From assembly GCF_009914755.1 (NCBI RefSeq), contig NC_060925.1: a DNA stretch of 64,000 nt. The stretch is one strand, 5' to 3'. Every line of letters begins with the position of its first letter. The stretch's first letter is position 1. The notes beneath the pieces were generated by a model. It was not told the origin of the DNA and did no database searches. It saw nothing but the letters and a program-made list of their open reading frames with translations. Of this stretch, positions 1 through 17,435 are shown one piece after another. The stretch comes from the human T2T-CHM13v2.0 reference genome, Homo sapiens. Made by a program: the position numbers and the translations under genes.

Positions 1-203
1 CAATAAATAAAAAGCATTATATACCATAACCAAGTGGGATTTATCCTAGGAATGTAAGTTTGTTTTAACATCTGAAAATCTATTCATGTAATACACCACA
101 TCAATAGAATTTTTTTAAACCCACATGATCATCTCAATAGACATGAAAAAAAGCTATTTCCCAAATCCAGTATCCTTTCATGATAAAAACACTCAACAAA
201 CTA

Positions 204-554
<351 letters not shown>

Positions 555-559
555 CTATA

Positions 560-1285
<726 letters not shown>

Positions 1286-1443
1286 TCAATAATAAAAAGA
1301 TAAATAACCCAATTGTAAAATGGACACAGGATCTGAAGAGATAGTTCTCTAAAGAAGACACACGAATGTCCAATAACCACATTGAAATATGGTCAGCATC
1401 ATTAGAAAAATGCAAATCAGAATCACAAGTTACCACTTGGACA

Positions 1444-2348
1444 GGGAGGAGCCAAGATGGCCGAATAGGAACAGCTCCAGTCTACAGCTACCAGCCTGAG
1501 CGAGGCAGAAGACAGGTGATTTCTGCATTTCCATCTGAGGTACCGGGTTCATCTCACTAGGGAGTGCCAGACAGTGGGCGCAGGTCAGTGTGTGTGCACA
1601 CCGTGCGCGAGCCGAAGCAGGGCGAGGCATTGCCTCACTTGGGAAGCGCAAGTGGTCAGGGAGTTCCCTTTCCGAGTCAAAGAAAGGGGTGACGGACAGC
1701 ACCTGGAAAATCGGGTCACTCCCGCCGGAATACTGCGCTTTTCCGACGGGCTTAAAAAACGGCGCACCGCGAGATTATATCCCGCACCTGGCTCGGAGTG
1801 TCCTATGCCCACGGAGTCTCGCTGATTGCTAGCACAGCAGTCTGAGATCAAACTGCAAGGCGGCAGCGAGGCTGGGGGAGGGGCGCCCGCCATTGCCCAG
1901 GCTTGATTAGGTAAACAAAGCAGCCGGGAAGCTCGAACTGGGTGGAGCACACCACAGCTCAAGGAGGCCTGCTTGCCTCTGTAGGCTCCACCTCTGGGGG
2001 CAGGGCACAGACAAACAAAAAGACAGCAGTAACCTCTGCAGACTTAAATGTCCCTGTCTGACAGCTTTGAAGAGAGCAGTGGTTCTCCCAGCATGCAGCT
2101 GGAGATCTGAGAACAGGCAGACTGCCTCCTCAAGTGGGTCCCTGACCCCTGACCCCCAAGCAGCCTAACTGGGAGGCACCCCCCAGCAGGGGCACACCGA
2201 CATCTCACACAGCAAGGTATTCCAACAGACCTGCAGCTGAGGGTCCTGTCTGTTAGAAGGAAAACTAACAAACAGAAAGGACATCCACACCAAAAACCCA
2301 TCTGTACATCACCATCATCAAAGACCAAAAGTAGATAAAACCACAAAG
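1444..2348 (+). promoter_or_regulatory. L1 5'UTR sense/antisense promoter with YY1 site
   Basis: YY1 motif caagatggcc near 1453; CpG-rich; standard L1PA 5'UTR layout. Confidence 0.85.
1585..1893 (-). CDS. L1 ORF0 (antisense ORF), open for 102 codons
   Basis: Translation MAGAPPPASLPPCSLISDCCASNQRDSVG... is the known ORF0 N-terminus; ATG complement at 1891-1893. Expression not shown. Confidence 0.65.
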   Translation of the reverse strand: MAGAPPPASLPPCSLISDCCASNQRDSVGIGHSEPGAGYNLAVRRFLSPSEKRSIPAGVTRFSRCCPSPLSLTRKGNSLTTCASQVRQCLALLRLAHGVHTH

Positions 2349-3365
2349 ATGGGGAAAAAACAGAATAGAAAAACTGGAAACTCTAAAAAGCAGAGCGCCT
2401 CTCCTCCTCCAAAGGAACGCAGTTCCTCACTAGCAACGGAACAAAGCTGGATGGAGAATGACTTTGACAAGCTGAGAGAAGAAGGCTTCAGACGATCAAA
2501 TTACTCTGAGCTACGGGAGGACATTCAAACCAAAGGCAAAGAAGTTGAAAACTTTGAAAAAAATTTAGAAGAATGTATAACTAGAATAACCAATACAGAG
2601 AAGTGCTTAAAGGAGCTGATGGAGCTGAAAACCAAGACTTGAGAACTACGTGAAGAATGCAGAAGCCTCAGGAGCCGATGCGATCAACTGGAAGAAAGGG
2701 TATCAGCAATGGAAGATGAAATGAATGAAATGAAGCGAGAAGGGAAGTTTAGAGAAAAAATAATAAAAAGAAATGAGCAAAGCCTCCAAGAAATATGGGA
2801 CTATGTGAAAAGACCAAATCTACGTCTGATTGGTGTACCTGAAAGTGATGGGGAGAATGGAACCAAGTTGGAAAACACGCTGCAGGATATTATCCATGAG
2901 AACTTCCCCAATCTAGCAAGGCAGGCCAACATTCAGATTCAGGAAATACAGAGAACGCCACAGAGATGCTCCTCGAGAGGAGAAACTCCAAGACACATAA
3001 TTGTCAGATTCACCAAAGTTGAAATGAAGGAAAAAATGTTAAGGGCAGCCACAGAGAAAGGTTGGGTTACCCTCAAAGGGAAGCCCATCAGACTAACAGC
3101 AGATCTCTCGGCAGAAACCCTACAAGCCAGAAGAGAGTGGGGGCCAATATTCAACATTCTTAAAGAAAAGAATTTTCAACCCAGAATTTCATATCCAGCC
3201 AAACTAAGCTTCATAAGTGAAGGAGAAATAAAATACTTTACAGACAAGCAAATGCTGAGAGATTTTGTCACCACCAGGCCTGCCCTAAAAGAGCTCCTGA
3301 AGGAAGCGCTAAATATGGAAAGGAACAACCAGTACCAGCTGCTGCAAAATCATGCCAAAATGTAA
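2349..3365 (+). pseudogene. L1 ORF1p, disrupted
   Basis: MGKKQNRKTGNSK...LQNHAKM; premature TGA at 2640-2642 (CGA>TGA CpG decay). Confidence 0.95.
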
Positions 3366-3428
3366 AGACCATCGAGACTAGGAAGAAACTGCATCAACTA
3401 ACTAGCAAAATAACCAGCTAACATCATA

Positions 3429-7275
<3,847 letters not shown>

Positions 7276-7503
7276 ACAACGAGATCACATGGACACAGGA
7301 AGGGGAATATCACACTCTGGGGACTGTTGTGGCGTGGGGGTAGGGGGGAGGGATAGCATTGGGAGATATACCTAATGCTAGATGACGAGTTAGTGGGTGC
7401 AGCGCACCAGCATGGCACATGTATACATATGTAACTAACCTGCACAATATGCACATGTACCCTAAAACTTAAAGTATAATAATAAAAAAAAAAAGTTACT
7501 ACT

Positions 7504-8110
7504 ATACATCCCTTAGTTTTGCTATTGTAAACAATAAATAAATAAATTGCGAATAACAAGTATTGTCAAGGATGTGGAGAAATCAGAACACTCATATATT
7601 GCTGATGAGAATGTGAAATGATGCAGGCACTTAGATCTGGTCAGAAGTTCCACAAAGGGTGATAGAGTTTCTATATGACCCATTGATTCTACTCCTAAGT
7701 ATCTAACTTAGAGAAATAAAACAATATGTCCACAAAAAAGTTGCACACAAATGCTTATAGTAGCATCATTTATAATAGCCAAAAGATGGAAACAACTAAA
7801 ATGTCCATCAACTGATGAATGAATAAACACTTTTGGTTGTCCATATAATGGGTTATTCTTCAGCCATAAAAAAGAATGAAGTACATCCTACAACATAGAT
7901 GACCTTGATAATGTTCTGCTCTGTGAAAGAAGTCAGGCACAAAAGACCACATATTATATGATTCCGCTCATATCAAATATTCAGATTAGGCAAATACCAA
8001 ATACAGAGAGTATATTAGCAGTTGCTTACGGTTGTGGAGATGGAGGGACAGAGGAAGGAATAGGTGGTGATAGCTAGAATTGCAGGGTTTCTTTTCGAGA
8101 TGATGAAAAT
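7504..8110 (+). mobile_element. L1M 3' end (continuation of the host L1M, L1MB/MC-like)
   Basis: Diverged ORF2 C-terminus and 3'UTR (aaatgtccatcaactgatgaatgaataaac, cagccataaaaaagaatgaagtac, aaagaccacatattatatgattcc). Confidence 0.8.
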
Positions 8111-11100
8111 CAGCAGCCTGGTCTTTGTGATGGTGGGTCTTGGAGCCACCAGTGTTGTCATTTTCTCCTTCCTCCTCTATTCTCAATTCCTCATCTTTAA
8201 CCATCACCTCTGCAGGTCTTGGCTTATCTAAGGATGTGACTCAAAACTTTATTCCTCAGGAGTCTGAGCCATTGGTAATCATATCCTTCCCTGGCCAGCA
8301 TACAGTTTGTGTCTACTTAGAACTACAAATGAGAATCGCGGGAATCAAATTACAAAGGCAAATCGAGAAGCACACAAGTGGATCACTGTGTTTCATACCA
8401 AAAGTTCCCCTCCCTCCTCCTGTTACTCAAGGTCAATTATTCCTTCAAAGATGCTGACGCTTGTTGCCTGCTGGTTCATGACACAAACAATTCAAAATGC
8501 CTAGGGTGCAGTCATATTTTATAGTTTAATAGGACTCCTTACTGTGCTCCCAAGAAAGACTGAATCTGCTTTGGAAGTGAGAAGTAAGTGGTTCGGGACA
8601 AATTATACTGGGTCAAAAGACTTAATGGTCTCTGCTACTCAATGTGTGGGTACAAGCAAAAAATGAACAACTATCATAGCCACACTCAGAAGTGGCTTTT
8701 GAAGTTTGAGCGTTTGGAGGCAGCAATACCTACATTGGCCTTGTTAAGTTGGAATTCATATAGCGGAGCCCATACCTAGTCTCCATCTCTGCCACCGTGT
8801 GCCTGCCCACTGTTTATTTGCCTATTCAGTCAGTCCCAAGACGGCCAATGATGAAGGCTGACTAATGTCTACTGGCTGAGTCATTGTAATCATTTGGTGA
8901 TTTAGTGTCTCTTCTGTGATGGATGTTTTCACGGTGTTAACATGTGGGACAAAAAAGCTTCACACTTTATGCTCACTCACATTTGTGCAACACATCATCT
9001 TCCCCAGGCCTTCTTGTCTTTGAGTTTCCAGTCCTTTTCATTTCAAGTCTCTGCCCAGTGGTCCATTGACCACCACCCAGGATTCTATATATATATATAT
9101 ATATATTCTCACCTTAATTCACTTTTTCTTACAAATAAAGTGAATGACCAGGTGCAACATTAGAAATCCCATCCACTGGGAAAATTTTTCTCTCCATGTC
9201 TTTCAAAGCCACCCCTGAAAGTGGCTGTAAGGTCGTTACTGTTATTTCTTGGTGTGTACCCACACACTGAGCTGGCCTATTTGTAAACTAACATTAGCTT
9301 TTTCCTTCTCTTTCAGCTGGTTGTATGGGGCACTATATACAGCCATAAGTGCAAGTCTGGGGAGGCATATTGGTATAAACATGGTAGTGGTATGGGCATC
9401 TGGACTACTTGTTTATGTAAGTTTGGTCCTGCTTAGGCACAATACTCAGTGCACCAATTCTGCTTTGTGACAAACTACTGCTAGATATATCTGTCTTAAT
9501 GATTTCATCTCAAAATGAACAATTCTAGACATATTGTCACTTGACGCTCCATGGTCAAGTCTTCTATCTCTACCAAGGCCCACTGACACACCAGGAACTG
9601 TTTTTCAAAAGATGCAAAATTATCCAATGCAAATGGCACTGTTTTGCTCCAGAACCCCAGGACAATGATTTCTTCCACTAGGGCTTGCTATAAGTTTTAT
9701 ATCTCCAACAACATAGCATCTGTCACTGCTTCCTACATGATCCTTACACTAATAGACTGGCCCTTTCCTAAGCCAAACCCCACCCTAATCTGTCAGAGAT
9801 ATAGAATCTTCTATATCACAAGATATATGGGCCAGAACAGTATTTCTGGGTATGCAGTATGTTGCCTCTATAATCCAGAATGTCCTACAAGGTGCTATAC
9901 TTCCTACTTTAAGATAAAGATGCGGCCAGGCACGGTGGCTCATGCCTGTAATCCCAGCACTTTGGGAGACTGAGGCAGGCACCTGTAGTCCGAGCTACTC
10001 AGGGGGCTGAGGCAGGAGAATCTCTTGAACCCAGGAAGCAGAGGTTACAGTGAGCTGAGATCACACCACAGCACTCCAGCATGGGTGACAGAGCGAGACT
10101 CCGTCTATAAACTTTGCCAAAGTGGAAGACCTTTGAATCTTCACAGGATTTATCTCCCATAGTCTGGAATACTTGTGTCTAAGCAATTTCTCCAATGTAC
10201 CAAGTACCTCTTGTTTATCCTGTCCAAACAGCATGATATAATTGATAAAATGAATCAATGTTACATTCTGTGGGATGTCCAGACACTCCAGATCTCTCTG
10301 GGCTACAACAAAGGGCAAGAGAGTTAACATAGTCTTGGGGTAAAACTGTAAATGATTTTTTTTGTTCATTCCACATGACTGCACACTGTTTCTGATCCTC
10401 CCTTCTGATTGGAATAGAAAAGAAAGCATTCATCAAATCAATAGCCTCCTACCATGCACTGAGGCCTTTATTAATCTTCTCTACCAAAGATACCACACTT
10501 GAAATAGCAGCTATAATTAGGGCTACTACTCTGTTGAACTTGTGGTGATCTACAGTGATTTTCCAGGATGCATCCAATTTCTTCAGGGGCCAGACTAACA
10601 AATAAAATAGAGATATAACAGAACTCATCACTTTCACATTCATCCTTTAGATATTTAATGCAACACAAACCTCCACCAACCCCCTACCACCAATGGAAAT
10701 GATATTACTTTTTTACTATTTTGGCTTGGGAGAATAGGAGAGAAGCAGTGTCTGAACCTTCTACTTAGTCTTTCCCACATGATAGCTCTTGCCCCACAGG
10801 TCAAGAACCCACTTGGAGAATTACACCAATCACTAAGTATGTCAATTCCAATCACAAACTCAGGGACTGTGAGGATGACCTCTAGGAGGATCTGTGGACA
10901 TTGTAGGCCTGCTGTAAGAAGGACTTTTTTTAGGACTCCATTTATGACCTGGCTACCATAAGCCTACACTCTAATAGAAGGTCATGATTATACTTTGGGT
11001 TCCTGGATACCAATGTCAACACAAATCCTATATTTAATAGTCCTTGAAATGTCTCGTATTTCTCTTTCCCCAGTGTACAGTCATCTGAGTAAATGGCCAC

Positions 11101-12733
11101 AGGTCCCTTTGGGGAAAGGCAGAGGCAATTAGTACACCATATATTTGTTTTGGCATTACAGAGCCCCTTACCCTAGGGACCAAGCCATCACTTCTTTCAG
11201 TGGGTCCTAGATCTGAAAATTCACTTTGACCCAGAAACTGAAAAAGGGATCATGCCTTTTTATTGGGGTATCCACTCTTATCTTCCTGCTCCTCCATTCT
11301 TGCTTTCTTCTCATTGTAGATGTTGTTCAGTAGTAAACTTACTGGCTTCCCATCTGTTTTGCCCCAAGGTATGGTATGCTCTGTTAACCATCTTCACAAC
11401 TCCCTGCAGATTAAGACTCTTTGCCTCTTCAACCTTACCAGTCATTGTAGTGCTTGTAGCTCTGATTTTCTAGCAGTTTAGTACCTCCACGTTACCTCTA
11501 TTACTATGGCACCTATGGCATCTCCATGGTTATTAATGAGTCTAGGTGCATGCCCATCTTCCCTAATATCATCTCTGGTCACCACTGAACTTCTTAGTGA
11601 TTTTGGTGCCATTCTCACCAGCTCAGTTCTGATGACATTGGAGAATGGTATGGCACTCTCATGGAACATAATCCTCTGATGGGTTTCCTAGCCTCACATA
11701 ATACATCCATTCTGGTATCCCTACTTTCCTCAGCCTCTTCTTTCTTCCTTTACTGTCCACTAGGGCAACTCAGGCATTTCCACTTTGCTTTGTATGTCTC
11801 ATTGCTCTCTCCAGGCTTACAAAGAGCCACTTCAGCAGCAAGTTTGCCCCAAGTGTTAAATCCCATGTCCTGTGAGAGTGCCCCAAGTCAATAAATTCTT
11901 GCTTATCCAATCTTATGTTCTATCTCCTTTGATCAAAACCCCTCAAAATTCAATTTCAAGATATTCCCCCAGCTCCTGCCAGTGCATGTTGAGTAATTCT
12001 CACAGCTCCTTTTGGTTGCAATCTCTTTCCTCACTTATTAGGCCCAGCTAGGTCATGCTGGCAGTTAACCCTGGTTATTGGCATGGCAGCCAAGAGAGGA
12101 GATGTAGTTAGCTCCTAAGGGGGCCACCTATTGCCTTGTAGTAGAGCAGCCTCTGCAGTAGCTTCTCACATGGTGAAAGTGTTACCTCTTACTGAAGAGG
12201 ATTGGGCCACCTCTGTTATAGCCAAAATCCTCAGAGATAACCCACCAAGATGTCCTCATTCCATGCCTTAGTGTCCTGGGCTTTTCCAACCAAGGCCCTG
12301 ACTTCAACATAACAGACCTACTTTGGCTAAGCCTTGAAATAAATACCTCTGGAGCTCTGTGACCTGAACTGTCAGATCCTGAGCTCAATCCTCCTACTGT
12401 GTGAGATAAGGACCTCTTCATAAGCTAAGCATAGACTTTAATAGCCCACACTTTCTCATCACTTTTCAAGGTATCAGTACAATTTAGTAACAACCAGCCA
12501 GATCCACTGTCCTTGTATGCGTTGCACACTGTAGCTTTCAAATGAGTATGTTTCTCTCCACTAGGACTTTTTCTTAGAAAACACAGGTGAAATGCGTGGC
12601 AATGGGACTGCCACCTTGCTCTGAGACTATCCTTTTCCCACTCAGGATGGGAGACTTCTTGCCAGATGAGCAATGAGTGGACCTGTCTTTAATCCCTTCT
12701 TACTGCTTATTCTCTAGAGCACTCCCAGCACCA
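8110..12733 (-). mobile_element. Degraded ERV-L internal region (ERV3-16A3-like): gag, pro and RT remnants
   Basis: Minus-strand fragments: NAFFSIPI...FTVLPQDYVNS (RT), VWPLKKLDASWKITVDHHKFN (RT), IGIDILSDW (protease); Leu-type PBS-like tggtgctgggagtgctct at 12716-12733. Confidence 0.85.
9924..10106 (+). mobile_element. Internally deleted Alu lacking a polyA tail
   Basis: Left arm joins right arm at gaggcaggc/acctgtagt; ends gagactccgtct with no A tail or TSD. Confidence 0.9.
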
Positions 12734-12735
12734 CT

Positions 12736-13154
12736 TTCATCAGTTAGGAATCTCCAAGAAGCAGATGCCAAATTGAAATCTGACATGTCAAATATTTACT
12801 GGGGAAATGCCTATGAAGAGTAAAGGGGGAGGGGGCACATAAACATGATGAAGAACTGTCACCTCTGAGTGGAGAGAGAAGGAAGAATTGGGTAAGAAGA
12901 ACTTCAGATGGTAGAGAAGTTCTCAGACGATCATGATAGGAAATCACCAACCAAAGTTGTTTACTAGAGGAATCCTATGTTAGGAAGGAATGGCCTGGTT
13001 CCAATATCACTGCCTTGCTCAGGCATTGGCTGGGAAGCATGGGTGCAGAGGGAATACCCTAGTGGATCCAAAAACCAGCAACTGGAGCAAATCAATCAAC
13101 TATAATTCTCTCTTTAAAGAGAGATCTGAGCAGGGCATTTTCAAGGCTGCCACA
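12736..13154 (-). mobile_element. LTR16A-like 5' LTR of the ERV-L element
   Basis: Reverse strand begins tgtggcagccttgaaaatgccctgctcagatctc; adjacent to the PBS. Confidence 0.7.
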
Positions 13155-14159
13155 AGACTATACCTTTTTTCCTTGTAAATCCACTACAGTTCCATTAAAA
13201 TGCCCATAGAACTGCTACCAATTGTTTTTATTTGAAAGATTATTTTATAAAACATTACACTGTTGTCAGTTATATACCAAACTCATGCTCACACGACATT
13301 TAAAAAGTCAGTACTGGATTTATATAAAAGAATAAAATGACAGAGTTCATCCAAATGCCTCTGAGCATTTTATCAAAGCTCCGGGCTGTTTAGCCAAGCC
13401 AGAGGGAGCATTGTGCCGTGTTCAGCTGCCAAGACCATATAGACAGTGAGCACTGCATGACAACTTCAGACAGCTATCTCACCAGCACAGACCCTTAGTC
13501 ACAAGAAAAAAATAACAAGCAGTTATTCAACACAAACTTATTCCTGTAGTCACAAAGCCTGTTAGTGCCATACCAGGAGAGGAAACTGGGTCTACTAATG
13601 GCCAACATCGGCAGTCGTCTGCATAGTTCTCCTTCTAAAATTTAAATCAAGATATAGCGATCCTATATCCATGCTCCTTTTCTCCCAGTGAGAGACTCCA
13701 CTGATTTCCTTAATAGCAATCAACAGGCAACTGTACCAAGATGCCTTATTTTACATTTACCCTGCCTCATCTGAAAATTAATATCTACTCCATCACTATC
13801 CTACATCTTAAGTTCACAAAGTATTGGCCTGTATACAGCAGGCACTCTTCATTCTCACAGAAGGAACAATCATCCCTAATTCCATGATGCTATCAGGCAG
13901 CCCTGATATGTCATCATGTGTTAATGACCTCATTAGATTAAAACCTGTTCTAGGAAGCTTAATTTAAAGTGACTTGTGATTGTCTTCCAAGTCCTTACTA
14001 TGAAGAACCCTCAAAGGGAATGGCCAGAGTCAGTTTGCCCAAAGGAAGAAGAGCGAGCAGAAGACGACAACTCCCACCCTTGCCAAACACCTGTGAGGTG
14101 ACAGACACCATAGAGAGTCCATGTTTAAAATGGGTTATTAAGGTAATATGCCAACATGT

Positions 14160-14700
14160 TCTCCATAACTCTTTGGCTTCCAAGAGATAAAAATCCTACT
14201 TGATTAACCTTTAACTTAAAAAAGAAGAGTCCACGGACATAGCTGGTTTCGGACATAGTTGATTTATGATCTTCAGTAACCGCTCCCCTCCCTCTTTCTC
14301 TCTCCCTCTCTCTCTCTCTCTCTCCCCCTCCCATCCTTCCTCTGCATTGGTTTGATTTTGAGGCCCATTCTTTCTGCATGGTGGCAAAGAAGACCTATAT
14401 GGTATTCATCTTTGGTACTCATCATTTCAGAGAAGAAAGAATGTCTCTCTTCCAAGAGCTTCAGCACAATCTCAGGAAGTCATCAGATAGGCTGGCTCAT
14501 GCCTGAACCTAAACCCATCACAGTGGCCAGGGAGATGATGTACTCAGTACTTGGGAAGCCTCACCAGGGTCACATTCCCATCCCTGTTGAAGGTGGGATT
14601 GAAATAGAAGATGGAGTCAACCCTGGCTGAACCGCATAGACTAAAAATGAATGAGGGATAGTTCATCAAAAAGAAATAAGCAAAAGAAAGAAAATGTTCC
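14160..14700 (-). mobile_element. Old MaLR LTR (MLT1J/K/L-like) with (CT)n insert
   Basis: Motifs cctgaacctaaacccatcacagtggccaggga and gggtcacattcccatccctg resemble old MLT1 LTRs; (CT)n at ~14297-14323. Confidence 0.45.
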
Positions 14701-15159
14701 CCAATACTAGTAGATTTATTAAAATTCAACCTTTTATTTATCTCTGAAGTTATCATCATGGGAGAGGCAGAGATGTTCTCGTCTCTCAAAGAATTACAAT
14801 CCAATTGGGGAAGCATAGTTAATACATCACATAAAACAGCCCTTTAGATAACCATGGAACTCAGTAAATTATAGGTAGTCAAATGTATGATTTTAGGTTT
14901 AGTGAAGGCTGGAGGGCTCAGAGAAGCCTTGCAAAGGAGATCTAGGTTTGGATTGATAATCCCTACACTTTAAGGCCTAAGAGATATGAAGATGTGAATA
15001 GAGGAAGCAGATAATACATTTATTCAAACAGTACTTTTGGAAGGGGAAGAATTGTGGAGCTGTTAAGAACATGGGCTTTTCCATCCTAAAAACCTAATTT
15101 CATTCCAATATCTTCCAAATTACTTCATTTTTGAGCTTAAATAAAATTTTCAGCAGCAA

Positions 15160-15540
15160 CACTAATAAAAATAGTTAACATTTGTTAAGTGCCTTCTATG
15201 TTGCTGGAACTGCTTTCTACACTTCACACATATTTACTCAGAATATTTATAACAACCCTAAGTGGTAGAGATTCATATCACCTGCATTTTACAAGTGAGG
15301 AAACTGCTTAAATAACTTGCCAAATGTCCTGGAGCTGGTAACAGATGAGGTTGGGATTTAAACCCAGGGAAGCTGACTAGCGACTCTGCCTCTTAGTCAT
15401 GCTGCCATTTAGCTGTTCTGAGACTCATTTACATATGCAAAATAGAAACAACAATTCTGTACTTAACCCATAGAAATTTTGTAAAAATTAAATAATGCCT
15501 GTAACATGTGGTAAAAGTATTCTATAAATGGTAATAATTA
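15160..15540. mobile_element. MIR fragments
   Basis: Core MIR motifs cattttacaagtgaggaaactg and gggatttaaacccagg. Confidence 0.7.
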
Positions 15541-16240
15541 CTATTTGTGAAGAAACTATAATGACCTTTTGTGTGATGAAAAAAAGCAATGAATGTTGCT
15601 GAAAAAGGTCTGGTTATATGTTACAGATCTTCACATTACACATTACTAGCTGTTTAACCTTGAGCAGTTTATTTAACTTCTCTGAGCCTCTTTCTCCATC
15701 ATCTGTAGAGTTGAAATTATAAGATCTATCTGAAAAAGTCATTTGCTTTTCTATGGAGCATTACCTAAAATAAAATCTAAGGACTTTGTAAACTTTCAAA
15801 TATAATACACATTTGAGATATTAGTACGGCTATGCAAGGGATGTTGATATACTTGCTTTTGCTCATGTCTGGCACCATTCAAACTGTATAGGAAAGAGTG
15901 ATTTGTTTAGGACACCTGATCACATTCCTGCTCTATTACTCATGAACTGCATGCCCTTGGATGCCTCCTTATCTAGACCATTTGTACAATGGCCAGAGCT
16001 AAAATTATACAGCTTTTACATTGCTTCCTTCCACCTGGGTGGGTACCTCCTACTTCCGTAGACTTAAAAATGCCTCCTCCTTTGAGTAAACACATTTATG
16101 AATAGTTAAGGCAGGCTGCGGCAGGATTTGGAGGGACTAATTGGAAGGCTAGGGCAATGCCTAGCTTTAGAACCCAGAAGTAGGGGGAAAGCATCCATGT
16201 TTCACTCTTTTCTATCTTCAGACAGCATTGTATGACATGA

Positions 16241-16507
<267 letters not shown>

Positions 16508-17074
16508 TAACTGGATGACCTGTATTTTTATTTTTTTAATTTGACAATCCTAGTACACACACAGAGAAGTTGTAATGACAGCTTGTCAAGAGAAGGAGTC
16601 TTCACTCCTATAGCCACATTCTGCATAAAGTAGACAAAAGCAATTCCTTGCTTATAGAGCAAAAGCTTTGCACCTATATTACCATCACACTGACCCAAAT
16701 CACTGGACCAGGGATTGGTGCCTGTGTCACAAGCAGTCATTTATACGTTGTTCAGTGTTTGTGATGTGATCTACAAACAGAAGCTTAGTCCCTGGAACAG
16801 CAGAGTGTCAAGAGTCAGAAGAAGCAACGACCTAACTTTGAGGGGACCATATTAGGGAGACTCTTGGATCTTAGAGCTATTTATTTTGTAATAGATGAAC
16901 AACATTTCCATTTTGGAAATTTACCTGTGGTGGTCCAGAGACAATTTTTTGTGTTTATTTATTTATCTGTGTATTCTTATAATAAGCTGCTTTCAACAAA
17001 GGTTACCTGAGTGTATCTCTATTTCTTGAAACCTGAAAGAGCATTATGCCCATCTCAATTCTGCAAGAGAAAAG

Positions 17075-17435
17075 TAGTGGTGCTGGTGGGCTAGTAATTG
17101 TAGTAGTGGTGGTATTCATAGTAATTAGCAGTGGTAATAGTAGTGCTGATGGTGATGGTGGTGATGCTGATAGTGGTGACAGAAGTAGTTATGGTGATCA
17201 TGGCGGTGGTGGTAGTAAAGCTGGTGATGACAGTGTTGATAGTGGTGGTAGGGTTCATAGTGATGATGGTAGTGGTGGTAGTAGTAATAATGGTGATGGT
17301 GGTGGTGGTGATAGTGGTGACAGTGGTGGTAGTAGTAGTGATGGTGGTGGTGGTGATGACAGTGGGCAGAGGGATGGCGGTACTTACTGGTCATAGTGGT
17401 GTTCATAGTACTGTTCAGAGGTAGTGGTGATAAGT
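17075..17435. repeat. Degenerate trinucleotide low-complexity tract (GGT/GAT/AGT)n
   Basis: ggtgatggtggtgatgctgatagtggtgac... with period 3. Confidence 0.95.
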
